From Yuukianura sp. NJ FZ-2021 (lineage: Eukaryota), in assembly GCA_046563655.1 (NCBI GenBank), contig CM102290.1, positions 6,076,001 to 6,140,000 of the forward strand: a stretch of 64,000 bases of DNA. Reading direction: 5' to 3'. The notes below the pieces were generated by a model. The model was not told where the DNA came from. It saw only the letters and a list, made by a program, of their open reading frames with translations, and did no database searches. The stretch's first letter is position 1; the number at the start of each line of letters is the position of its first letter. Below are positions 21,601 through 31,311 of the stretch, one piece after another. The position numbers and the translations under genes are program-made.

Positions 21601-21638
21601 TTGACCTACTTTCTAATAATGGACATTCACTACTAACT
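21601..21638 (-). repeat. Right terminal inverted repeat of Polinton B
   Basis: Reverse complement of 5135-5172, followed by the TSD TTTAAA at 21639-21644. Confidence 0.95.
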
Positions 21639-22519
21639 TTTAAACCTTTCAATAAATAATTGATACGTTTTTCGTCTTTCATAATCGTCCCCTGACTCTT
21701 GTCCAGTTGGTCGCACAAGCGCATTATCTTGCTACAATATTCCTCGATAGGAACATTCTTCTCACGTCGCATCTGAGCGAGTTTATGTTCAAGTTCGTCT
21801 TCAGTGAGACGCGACTTGAAAGCTATCCTAAAAGTCTCCTCTATCTTTGTCCATGTCAATGGCAACACTTTGCCATCGGCGTCAATATTTGCCGGATCTC
21901 TTTTCCATTCTGTGCAACAGTTTAACCACCAAGTCTTAGCATACTTGGTTAGGTAAAGTGGAAAATGGACGACCTTAGCAGCGTCGTCCCAATGCTGCGT
22001 AGCTGCAACAGCTTTAAAAGTTTGCATAAAATTGGTAGCATGGGTCCCTCTCTTTCCTTCAAACATGGGGTCCCCTGGTGGAGTCCAAACGGAAACAAAG
22101 ACGTTTCCAGTGCCTCCTGGTATAGCTAAGGCCATTGGACCCGGACCACTCCCTCCTGGAGTTCCTGTGCTAGTATTGCCTGTTTCCGACATTACGCTTC
22201 TGTTTGCACCAGATAAATCTAGGTGTAAGTCTCTGCGAAAACTTTCTGTTTTCCTCTCCGGAAGTTGGAAGTGACTAAGACGGCTTGATCCGTTGATTTC
22301 AGTTGTTTTAGTGGTCTGCCGTCTCGTCCGTGTCACACCTTCGTCCTTCGTAGCAGAGATTACTTCTCCAACCACTACCTCGGATAGAATCCTTGTTGCT
22401 CCTTCCTCTTGATTCTTATGCGATTTCAATTTAGATCGATTGTCCTTCAATACTGTGTCGAACGCAAAGAACGAAAATTCTGGTGTCCTTCGATCTTTCC
22501 TTTCTCTAACGGGAATCAC
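21639..22519 (-). pseudogene. gag: Ty3/Gypsy-like gag (capsid), N-terminal part
   Basis: PMFEG...FMQTF..VA...WDDAAKV..FPLYLTKYAKTWW...TW......FRIAF...IEEYCSKIMRLC...INYLLKGL fits a retrotransposon capsid. The predicted ORF tail VSSECP... is read-through into the Polinton TIR. Confidence 0.9.
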
Positions 22520-22634
22520 CAGTACTCATGCCCTAACCTAGGCGTAGTACCTGAATAAAGTAATACATCGACTTCACAAATGTGGGTCGATAGGTTAATC
22601 TTGGAAATCCAACACATGGATTTGAATTAATTTC

Positions 22635-23996
22635 TTAATTGGATGAATTCCAATTTGCAATCTGTGCAATCAATAAAATCATAACACTGAAAATTGCCCA
22701 TGTGGGTGACCCTATCTCGGCTGCCCCGGCAGTCGGGTCACTGTCGTCAGACTCACAATCAATGTTTAGGAACTCTGCTAACCGACAATATCGTTGAAGT
22801 CGTAAGTTCCAATCATAGTCTATAATATAGCCATATTCTAACGAAGAAAACCCTAGGAGGTTTTCGTTAACGATAACAATGGGTGCACGAACTTTGCTCA
22901 ATCGTGCTGGATAGTCGACTTTATCCCTAAGAAACAATTTCCCCTGAGAGTGGTGGTAACCTAGCCAAGTGCCATTGACTTGTAAATACAAGTTCCTTCT
23001 TTGCGTGATTACTCCAGTAATCGGAAGTGAAATTCCTAATTTTCTGATTTCTAATGGGTACCCTTTTTCTAATATGTTGGAAGTAGAGTACTTCCAGTAT
23101 CGTGTATTTGCAAAAATGTAAACAAACCCATCGAACAAAAAGATTCTGTCGATTTGGATAGTTTCTGGAAAATGTTGGTAATATTGATGGTTGATGATGA
23201 ATTTAGGATAGTTAAATTTACTCTTCTCTACTTGGTAATGCCCGTAGTCTGGGAATAGAAAGTAGACGTTGTTCAATTGGTATGCATGGTTGATGCGATC
23301 GGTGCATACTGCCTTGCTTAGTCGGCTTTGTACTTCCTTGCCTTCGGCATCGTTTTTAATTAGAAGGTGGGGTTGGTTGTAGAGTTTGTCAAGAGCTTGT
23401 CTATCTACCATGTTTAATTTTAGTTTAGGGTCCCTTACTTTGTACCAAGGGTACATGATCGAACTATTCTCTGAGGTATGTACAAGGCCGAGAAAATGAC
23501 CTACCTCGTGCAAAAGAACTGTATATAGATTAATTCCAGTTGTATTGAATCCTGTTACCCATTTTTATGATGCATCTAAATGCACATCGCCTCCTAGTCC
23601 TACACTAGGGTAAAATGCATGGCCTATAATACCCCCCTCGGCGTCAAATGGTTTTGAGTCGTTATGATCAAGTTTTGCAAATTTAATTTGAATCTCTGCG
23701 GTCGAGTCACCTGGCTTGTTTTTAAAAGTAAAATTGGAAACCTCGTTCCATCTAAGTAATGCTAACTTAATATCAGAGATAGCATCTAATTCCTCAACAT
23801 CCAAGGGTACATCCTGTAGGGTCCATCCTAACTGGAACGTGGACCACATCCTTGGGTTTAATACGTGACGCTTAGTCCTCAAAGTGTCTGCAGGATCTTC
23901 TTCCCAGCAGCGGATGGCACCGTCTTCCTCCCTGGTGAGTACGGATGCTTCGGCCATCAGTATCAGCGTCATCACAAATAAAAAGTATGGAGTCAT
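22635..23996 (-). pseudogene. Intronless matrix metalloproteinase (M10A) with hemopexin-like domain and GPI/TM tail; one in-frame stop
   Basis: Signal peptide, IRCWEED (cysteine-switch-like), furin site RTKR, HNDSKPFD.EGGIIGHAFYP..GGDVHLD, HEVGHFLGLVH, Met-turn SIMYPWY, hemopexin-like YIFANTRYWKY..GYPLEI and a hydrophobic C-terminus. The two ORFs share one frame, separated only by TAA at 23565-23567 (DAS*KW, where E is expected). Confidence 0.93.
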
Positions 23997-26626
23997 GTCG
24001 TCGCTCCTATCTCCTTCTCCTGGAAGGGTTTGTATGGAGTTAATACTCCTTCTTCAATCCATGAAGAAATGGAACCTGCTTAGCTCTAGATTCCTAGCAC
24101 CCCTAGCAAGATCTCTCGTAGTAGGCTCGGTTCCCTCTCAGTCCAAACTCTCAGAGGTAAAGATGCTCCCTTCCATGAGCATGGGGTGTTTGTGTCGAAA
24201 CCTTCGACGTCATCAGTATGAAATTGCCTATCAGTGCCTATCAGACTGGCGAGGTCTGGGCATGGTGCTCCATGGACTGAGATTCTTACCAAAATTTTAA
24301 AGAAAAAGTTGAGCCGTTTCTAGAGGGACTATGGTACCTTAGTCCCTTCGCACCAGTATTCGTTTTAGGAACATCTACGGAGACTTGACCTATCCTCTTC
24401 TACCTATGCTGAGCTCGTTGGTCCAGGTGGAACCTTCACCACCTCGGAGCTCATCGTGGTATCCTGTCTTCAGAATTTCAGCTATTGTCCTACCTAATTA
24501 CAAACTTCTGCTGGTCATGACTCCAGCGTCCATAAATGTTCGGATTGTCCAACCGATAAGAGCAGCTATGGGGCATTCTCGCCACAAACCATAGCCCCGG
24601 TCAAAGCATACACCAGTTGCTAAGGGCCTACCTCATGACCCCGACTTGTCCCTACAGACGGGATCGACCAAGTCCTTACATGGACTCGGACCTCCAGCTG
24701 TCTTTCTTGAACAGTACTCATATTCACAGGGTCTACCCTTCCCCGTGAAGAAGTCAATCTTAAATTATTGCTATTTCTTTACAAGAGCTTCTCCTTGCTT
24801 CTTGAAAAGCTTTTAAACTTCGGTTCAGATTTTAGTTACTTTAATCAAGTTGGAAATCCCGTCCAACAACTCTATTTTCTCTATCTTCCAGTCTTTGGGT
24901 TAAATAAATGAGAATGAGATCAAGTGTCAAACTCTTAGGTCAATAGGTCGATAGGGCCTTCACATAGGTCAGCAGGGGCCGTTAATAAACGTTACGTTAT
25001 ATTTTCTGAAAAGAGTGCTTGCAGCTTTGATCAAATTCGTTAATGTTTTTAGAATTCTCCAGGGCGTTTTTCTAAGTTTAATTGATTTGGATAAATTTAA
25101 CGTAAATTATTTTGCATTAGTGTTTCCGTTAAAGTTTTGATTGATTTCTACTTTTATTTTTGAAAAATGAGTGAAATAGGAAATGAAACTTTTTGGTTTT
25201 ATAAAAAAAAATGAGTAACATAAAATGAGTCGAAATGAGAATCGGGCAACAGATCGTTATTGCTTTGGTAAGAATTAGTAACAGAGTTAAAAGTTCAAAA
25301 GTTCAATTGAAAATATGCGAACATACCCCTTAGCACTCTACTTTGAATTTAGGACCTAATACCCTCATACACTCTACTTATGAGATTTTCAAAAATTTGA
25401 AAAATTTGAATTTTCGCGCCATTTCAACTGGATGGATTTTCTGTTAAAAATGTGTCCTACATATTATCCTGACCTTTGTGACCTACCTACTGACCTTTTC
25501 TAGAAGCCTTAAGGGCTGTACAGGAGGATCTCAGTAGAACCTCCATTGAAACGGGGTGAATCTTCGAATCCCTAAAACATTTAGAAAAACCTTTGCTCTA
25601 ATGAAAACTACTGGTAATTCTCTGAAAATTACCAATAGCCGAGGCCCCCGGGCCTCTGCGGGTCTAACACCCGCTCACCCCTCGTGACCTTTTGACCCTC
25701 CCGGGCCCTTAAGACTATCTGGACTGATTTTGAGATAAAGAATAGGATGGAACCTAGCCTACCTAATCTACCTGTTTTCCCCCTGACTACTACTCATTAA
25801 CCCCAGGTGGGGCCTGGTCCCACCAGTCCCACCACTAGTCCTAACTGCCCAAGATTTTGTCTAAATGAAATAAGTCCAAACCTAGCTCCCTTAAACAATA
25901 GAGTAATTGTTTCAATTACCTCTTCAGCTACAGGCGGACTCTTAGCAGTCAATCGGAGTTCAGCAAGAGCGCAGCAAACAGCAGAGAGTTGGATTTTTAG
26001 AGTTTATTTCCCCAAATAAAGAAAGTTCTTCCCAACAGAGCTTGAAGAAAAGCTAATTTGAAAATGACTTCTAAAAGCTTGAAAGAAAAGCTAACCTAAG
26101 ACTGACTTTCAGAGTCTCTAGCAAGAAACCTAATTTAAGATTGACTTAATTTTAACAGAGTTCCTACTACTATTTATAACCTAGTTCTTGACCCACGCTA
26201 TCCTCAAGGTTTGACCACCCTTGGCAACACCCTTGGGACTCAAGTCCGTGATCAGACGTTAATGACCAGGATTTATGATCCAATTCAGTCATTAATGTCT
26301 GGTATCAGACAAAGTTGCGATCGTATGCAAATTGACATCTCGTCAATTTGAATTAAAATCACTCGCTTTACTTGTGACATTACATGTCCAACAAGTGTAA
26401 AAACTTGTTGGAAGTAAAACTGCTGCGTCGGCCCTCTTCTGATCTGTCAGAGCAAAGATCAAATATCATAAGTCTTTGCAACTTTGTTGAGAAAGCGGGT
26501 TTTGCCAATTTGCATACATGCTCCCTTTTTCACTCTTATCTCTAATTACTCATAATTAGTAACTCATCCAGATTTTAACTTGTCCCGAAATACGAATTTC
26601 GGGAGAAGTCAAAATCCGTCGTTACA

Positions 26627-28881
26627 GACCGACCAAGACCTGAAATGGTAGACTTAAAAGGCAATGAAACTTCATACCTTCCATTGTTTAGGAGGAAATG
26701 ACTGGAGAAATGAGCCTCTGCGTCTTTCTCTTCAGTAGTCCAACTCCTATGTTGTGGAACTTGCTCAAGTTCCCAAAATTTTTGTAGTATGTCCTTACAG
26801 CCGACAGTAGCCGAATGGACCTGAACACTGACGGTTGAACACGAGACTTTGCCCCCACAGGACCAGGTCCAGAACAGGACCGGAAAAAATCCAACCAAGT
26901 GGACTGGAGCGTGCCACTGGTTGACACCGTTTCCCTGTCACACGTTGGTCCAGAAAAATGTGTTCCGCCACATCAGCACCTAAAAGAATGTCCACTTCCC
27001 TTGGCTCAAAAAATTTGGGATCTGCCCAGCCCCCTGCAAATGGCGCCCATAGCAACCAACGCAATTTTTTGTTTGTGACGTCACCAGCTGAAAAATACCG
27101 TAATCGTGAAATTGGAACCCGCTGGCATTTATGTAAACAAGATGTGTCTTACGGGTTTCTATTGGACATCACCAATAAGTGGCAGAATTCCGGTATTTTC
27201 AGCGGGTGACGTCATTTTTTTTTTCCACATGGCAACCAAACAAACTTTCCATTCGCACTACCTAGTAGTATTCTATTTACCTTGGGATCTGCCAACGTCA
27301 AGTTCTGCAGAAAGTCCCAGGACTTAAAATTTGAGCCAACTGGAAAAGATGGAAGATCACCTGTGACTTCAGAAAGGATTAAGGCACAAACATTGATTTC
27401 AAATTCATTGACACATGAGCGCAACTTGAACTCCACAGTTCCTTTGGCCTTACACATACCATTTGCGCCAATTCCATTAATCGCGACAACACACGTACGC
27501 CTGCGCATACCCAATTTACTTACGCACTTGTCCGTGATGAAACTCGCTTCAGATCCGTTGTCCAAAAAAATGCGACATTTTTGCAAAGATCCACTTGAGT
27601 CCTCCACATTGACCATTGCAGTGGACAGAAGCACTCCTCCGCCACTGACAAAGTTGGAAGACACAACTGCCTTCGATGCTGGCTCTGGGACTTGTCGGTC
27701 ATTCTCCCTGTGAATGAACCACACTTACGACATGTCCCCTTCCAGCCACACTTGTCAATGTGATGACCCCTAGACAAACAATTGAAACAAACATTTGACT
27801 TTTTCAAAAGCGTTATTTTGTCACCCCTCTTCAAATCCGCAAATTTAGGACAACGAAATAACGGATGAGACTCTTCGGGACAGATCGGACACTTCCACTG
27901 CTCCCTAGTCTTCACGAAATGAGCACTTTTTTCCTCAAAGTGCTTCTTGACCTTGTCCGTGGGTTTGTCTTTTCCTGAAAATGCAACCAAACTCCTTATG
28001 TAATTTTCCAGGAACTCTTCCAGTTCCTTTAGAGTTGGCATGGCAGTGCCCGTAAGTGACTTGGCCCACTCCAATGGAGTATCCAAGTCCAACTTGTTGA
28101 CTAAATTGACGGCGAGAAGGTCATCCCAATCAGTAACCTTCCGTTCCATTACTTCCAGCATCCGCATGATCTGAAAAAAAGAATCTAGAAATTGGAGTAA
28201 ATTAACTGCCACATTATCACAATTGACCTTTGGCAGGGCATACAATTTTCTAATCAGTGAGAAAATGATTTCGCGTTCATTGTCGTAACGCTTTACCAAC
28301 AATTCCCAGGCTGGAGTAAAGTTCTGCACTGAAATCGAAAAATGATTAACCAGTATCTCCGCCTCGACCTTGAGACACGACTTGAGGTACTGCAGCTTGT
28401 CACTTCCAGAAAGTGACGTATTGGCGATGATCAGTGACTGGAACTGGTCACGGAAGCTGATCCATTCCTCGAATGAACCACTGAAACTAGGTAACTCAAG
28501 TTTAGGCAATTTAGCATTCATTTTCGGGTTACCATTGACACTACTAGCAGAACTCGTCCCAGCTACCTCACTTACGACAGGCGTAGTGACCTTCTTGTCA
28601 GTGATTCCCTGACGTATGAGAAACTGACAGTTCTGAATTAGCATGTCCACTTGTAACCCTGCCTCTATTTGGACGTTGACCTCGTCTGGCTCTGTGACGA
28701 TGGAGAACATCGACTCCTGAATACTGTCCAATTTCGTTTGGCATTTGTCCACTCCATCAAGTAGAACCTGCAATTCTACTAAAGAATAATCAATCGATTT
28801 AGACTTTAAATCACCTTCAACCAGTTGAAGTTTGGACTTGAGCGCAGTCCGCATCGACACCATCTTCATTAAATCCGCCAT
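26627..28881 (-). pseudogene. gag: BEL/Pao gag and aspartic protease region (frameshifted, one 255-bp insertion)
   Basis: KLPKLELPSFSG..WISFRDQF..KLQYLKSCL; Zn knuckles CPIC..HPLFRC and CFNCL..GH..C..C..C; protease FLDNGSEASFI; LADP.F..P..VDILLGAD; LQKFWELE; GRYEVSLPFK. Confidence 0.94.
27027..27281. mobile_element. 255-bp non-coding insertion flanked by a 12-bp direct repeat
   Basis: TTGGGATCTGCC at 27015-27026 and 27282-27293. Removing the insert restores LADPKFFEP. It contains an internal ~25-bp inverted repeat. Confidence 0.8.
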
Positions 28882-28912
28882 AACGAAGACTGATGACCCG
28901 AATTGCACGATT

Positions 28913-28923
28913 TCGAAGGACCA
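28913..28923 (-). promoter_or_regulatory. Primer-binding site (tRNA-Tyr type)
   Basis: TGGTCCTTCGA immediately after the 5' LTR, complementary to the tRNA-Tyr 3' end, as is common in BEL/Pao elements. Confidence 0.85.
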
Positions 28924-29304
28924 TGAAATGATTTGAGCGCTGGTTCTGATTGGGTCCGAAAATGATTTAACTTTTACTAGTTTATTTACCTAATTAATCG
29001 ACTTACAGTTATACTTGAGTGGAAAGGAAAATTCTATCTTTAGATTGTGGTATGAAACCAAAAGAGACGCAGCAAAGACTTATGAATGAATGAATACTAC
29101 TAAAAGACAAAAAGTACACACAACTTTTTTCCCCCTAAGAACTAATGTAAAAGTGTATTGTTGTTGTTCGGGCTTGAGTCGGAGGCCAGTTCGGAAGCAT
29201 TCGATGATGCTATTTTAAATCAGAAAGAAAAAACCGCTTCCTCACTGGCATCATCTCAACCTGACACAACGGTATCAGAATGAAACTATCAATTCACCCA
29301 AACA
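28924..29304 (-). repeat. BEL/Pao 5' LTR (381 bp)
   Basis: Direct repeat of 460-830 with TG..CA ends, followed by the TSD TACAG. Confidence 0.96.
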
Positions 29305-29309
29305 TACAG

Positions 29310-30304
29310 TGTTCCATATATCTCAATCAAGTTTTAATTACTCCTGCGAGTTTACAGTATGCCTACAGAGCATACTTGGAAACTTTACTCGGATATGGAA
29401 AAAAATACAAACGCTCTCAAAGTCAATGCTCACTTTTCTACGAGGACAAGGATCCTAAATGTACAGATGAAACAAAAGAAGATGGATTTAAACAAAGATA
29501 CACATTTGCAGTCAAAAGCAAAACAATTGAAATGGTTGGACGCCCGTTTACTCACCTTTATGTAAAAAAAAATTTCTCGTTCCTTCAATCGACTTACGCA
29601 TTTCATTTTTAAGATCCACACCAGAGTTTTGTCTCGTTGCCAAAACAGCTGGTAACTACCAAGTTCAAATTCAAGATGCTCGCCTCATTGTACAACGCCA
29701 TCAACTCCTTCCCTCATTACTAACTTCAATTCTCAAAACTTGGTAGCATGGAAGGCCAGCAACTTACCCAATGAAACGAGTTGAAATTAAAACATATACT
29801 CTATCCCCTGGCACAGTTACCAACGTCAACGAAAATCTCATTTCTGGTGTCATATGTGATCGACTACTAATTGGACTTTTACCATCAGAAAACTACATTG
29901 GATCTATAACCACAAATCTATTCGCATTTGAACACTTTGATTTGAGCTGCATAAATGCTAAGCATTAATGGTGACTTGGGACACATGTACACTTTACGCA
30001 AGATCAATATGTTCAACTCTACCACAATCTATTTTGTAGTCTCGGAATTGCCAACGATGACGTTGGACTAGATTTGAACCGTGAAGAATTCAAATCTCAT
30101 CCGCTAATGCTATATAATCTCAGACATTCAAAAGAAGGTTTTCCTACTCCCAAATATGGCAACGTCAAGATTGATCTAAAATTTAAAGCTGCACTCAAAA
30201 GCTCTGTCACCGTCCTTGTCTACGCCGAACAATCCGTCCTACACATTGATTCCTCAAAATCAGTATACTTTAGTGACTACAGTCTTGCCAGCCTTCAACA
30301 ATGA
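29310..30304 (+). pseudogene. Polinton A major capsid protein, remainder (frameshifts and stop)
   Basis: CSIYLNQ..YAYRAYLETLLGYG..SLFYED..GFKQR; YPMKRVEIKTY..LLIGL..YIGS..NLFAFEHF; GNVKIDLKF..VTVLVYAE. Confidence 0.9.
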
Positions 30305-30820
30305 ATACACAACAAATTTACTCGTATCTGGCGAAAATTGTTGGCAAACATCCTTCCGCTTTTGATGTAATTCCAATTGATCATTTGAATACTATGGAAA
30401 TTTTCACCCATCCTTTTCTACTTGTCGTCAACAGTGCTCCTTCTCATCATCCAGGACAACATTGGCTAGCCCTGTTTAGAGAAAATTCAAAATCTCCACT
30501 AACATTTGTAGATTCCTATGGACTTGGTGTAGAAATTTATGTTGTAGCTCTGCAAAATTTTGCCAACGTTTAAACACAACCATAATCGCAAATACAAAGC
30601 AACTTCAAAGTATAAATTCTACAGTTTGTGGTGAGTATGCAATTTACTTTCTGTTTAAACTTTTGCATTCCTGCTGTTTAATGTCAATCTACTGTAACTT
30701 TACATCAAATACTATCAGAAATGATAGACTAGTAAAGCGGTTTGTCAGAAAACCGCTACGCCAAATAATAAAAACTATGCCCTACTATGGCCCAACTCAA
30801 TGTTGCACCCCACATACTAA
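30301..30820 (+). pseudogene. Polinton A adenain-like protease, intronless, frameshifted
   Basis: MNTQQI..VVNSAPSHHPGQHWLAL..FVDSYG, then after a frameshift near 30570 NTKQLQSINSTVCGEYAIYFL. Confidence 0.88.
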
Positions 30821-31129
30821 ATAAGAACCGTAGCTTTGTCCAAATCACACCAGACGGCGCGGCAATAAATGTTGGTTAATTTCCGCATCACCCGCCCCTC
30901 AAAGATGACCAACTTTCCCTTGCGTTTAAAGTAAACCCAACTGTAGGGCCTTCCTTGAAACATCGAGTCCCGATGAAAAACTTCCAACTTTTTGTCATCG
31001 TCCACATAATTCAACACCTCACGATCCACGCCGTCATATACGACCGCTTCATCTCCTAATACACACACACAAAAAATCACTTTCCCCTTCGTTTCTATTG
31101 TAGTAAAAAAAATTACGTTTCTTGTCCAT
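30817..31129 (-). pseudogene. Small hypothetical gene convergent with the protease
   Basis: 87-aa ORF, with an upstream ATG (MDKKRNFFYY) in another frame and a TATAAAA upstream near 31204-31210. Confidence 0.35.
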
Positions 31130-31311
31130 TGTTAAACGTAAGAGCTTCCTTCTCCAAATGCTTCTCAGAAACTGAATGATTTGACATGCAACAAGTGCCA
31201 TGATTTTATACCCCACACAACACGTATTGACAACGACTTTTTATTGAATCGAAAAGGGGTGACAGCAAAACGTTTACATTTCAGAAATAGACATGAGTCA
31301 TACAGTGACGA

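Larger units (their letters stand above)
5135..21638. mobile_element. Polinton/Maverick-like endogenous virus B (intron-rich, PIF1-encoding, polymerase-truncated)
   Basis: 5'-AG...CT-3' termini, a perfect 38-bp TIR (5135-5172 and 21601-21638), a 6-bp TSD TTTAAA, and integrase, penton, MCP, protease and pPolB N-terminus genes. Confidence 0.95.
4438..26626 (-). mobile_element. Truncated Ty3/Gypsy-like LTR retroelement (5' LTR/leader, MMP, gag), itself interrupted by Polinton B
   Basis: It interrupts BEL pol just after ...GLGRS and begins TGTAAC on the minus strand at 26626, with a TATA-like TATAAATA near 26171-26178. It has a retrotransposon gag ORF. No pol, matching 3' LTR or TSD was found at the left end, so the left boundary is approximate. 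Confidence 0.7.
460..29304 (-). mobile_element. BEL/Pao LTR retrotransposon (about 6.4 kb of own sequence, expanded by nested insertions)
   Basis: Two near-identical TG..CA LTRs, 5-bp TSD TACAG (455-459 and 29305-29309), PBS next to the 5' LTR, and gag-protease-RT-RNaseH-integrase order on the minus strand with Pao-type motifs. Confidence 0.96.

Noticed and set aside
22635..23996. Resident host Mmp gene, or a 51-nt intron between the two ORFs
   Set aside because: It lies within a TSD-bounded retrotransposon. The 51 nt encode the conserved KW...INLYTVL segment in frame, so the break is a nonsense codon, not an intron.
26300..26309. TGGTATCAGA as a tRNA-iMet PBS
   Set aside because: It is on the wrong strand for the gag/MMP element, is not preceded by an LTR CA end, and is part of a small hairpin (GTCTG-GTAT-CAGAC). 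No convincing PBS was found for this element.
29280..29304. ATG at 29280 as the MCP start
   Set aside because: It lies inside the BEL LTR; the true upstream MCP sequence is at 208-459.
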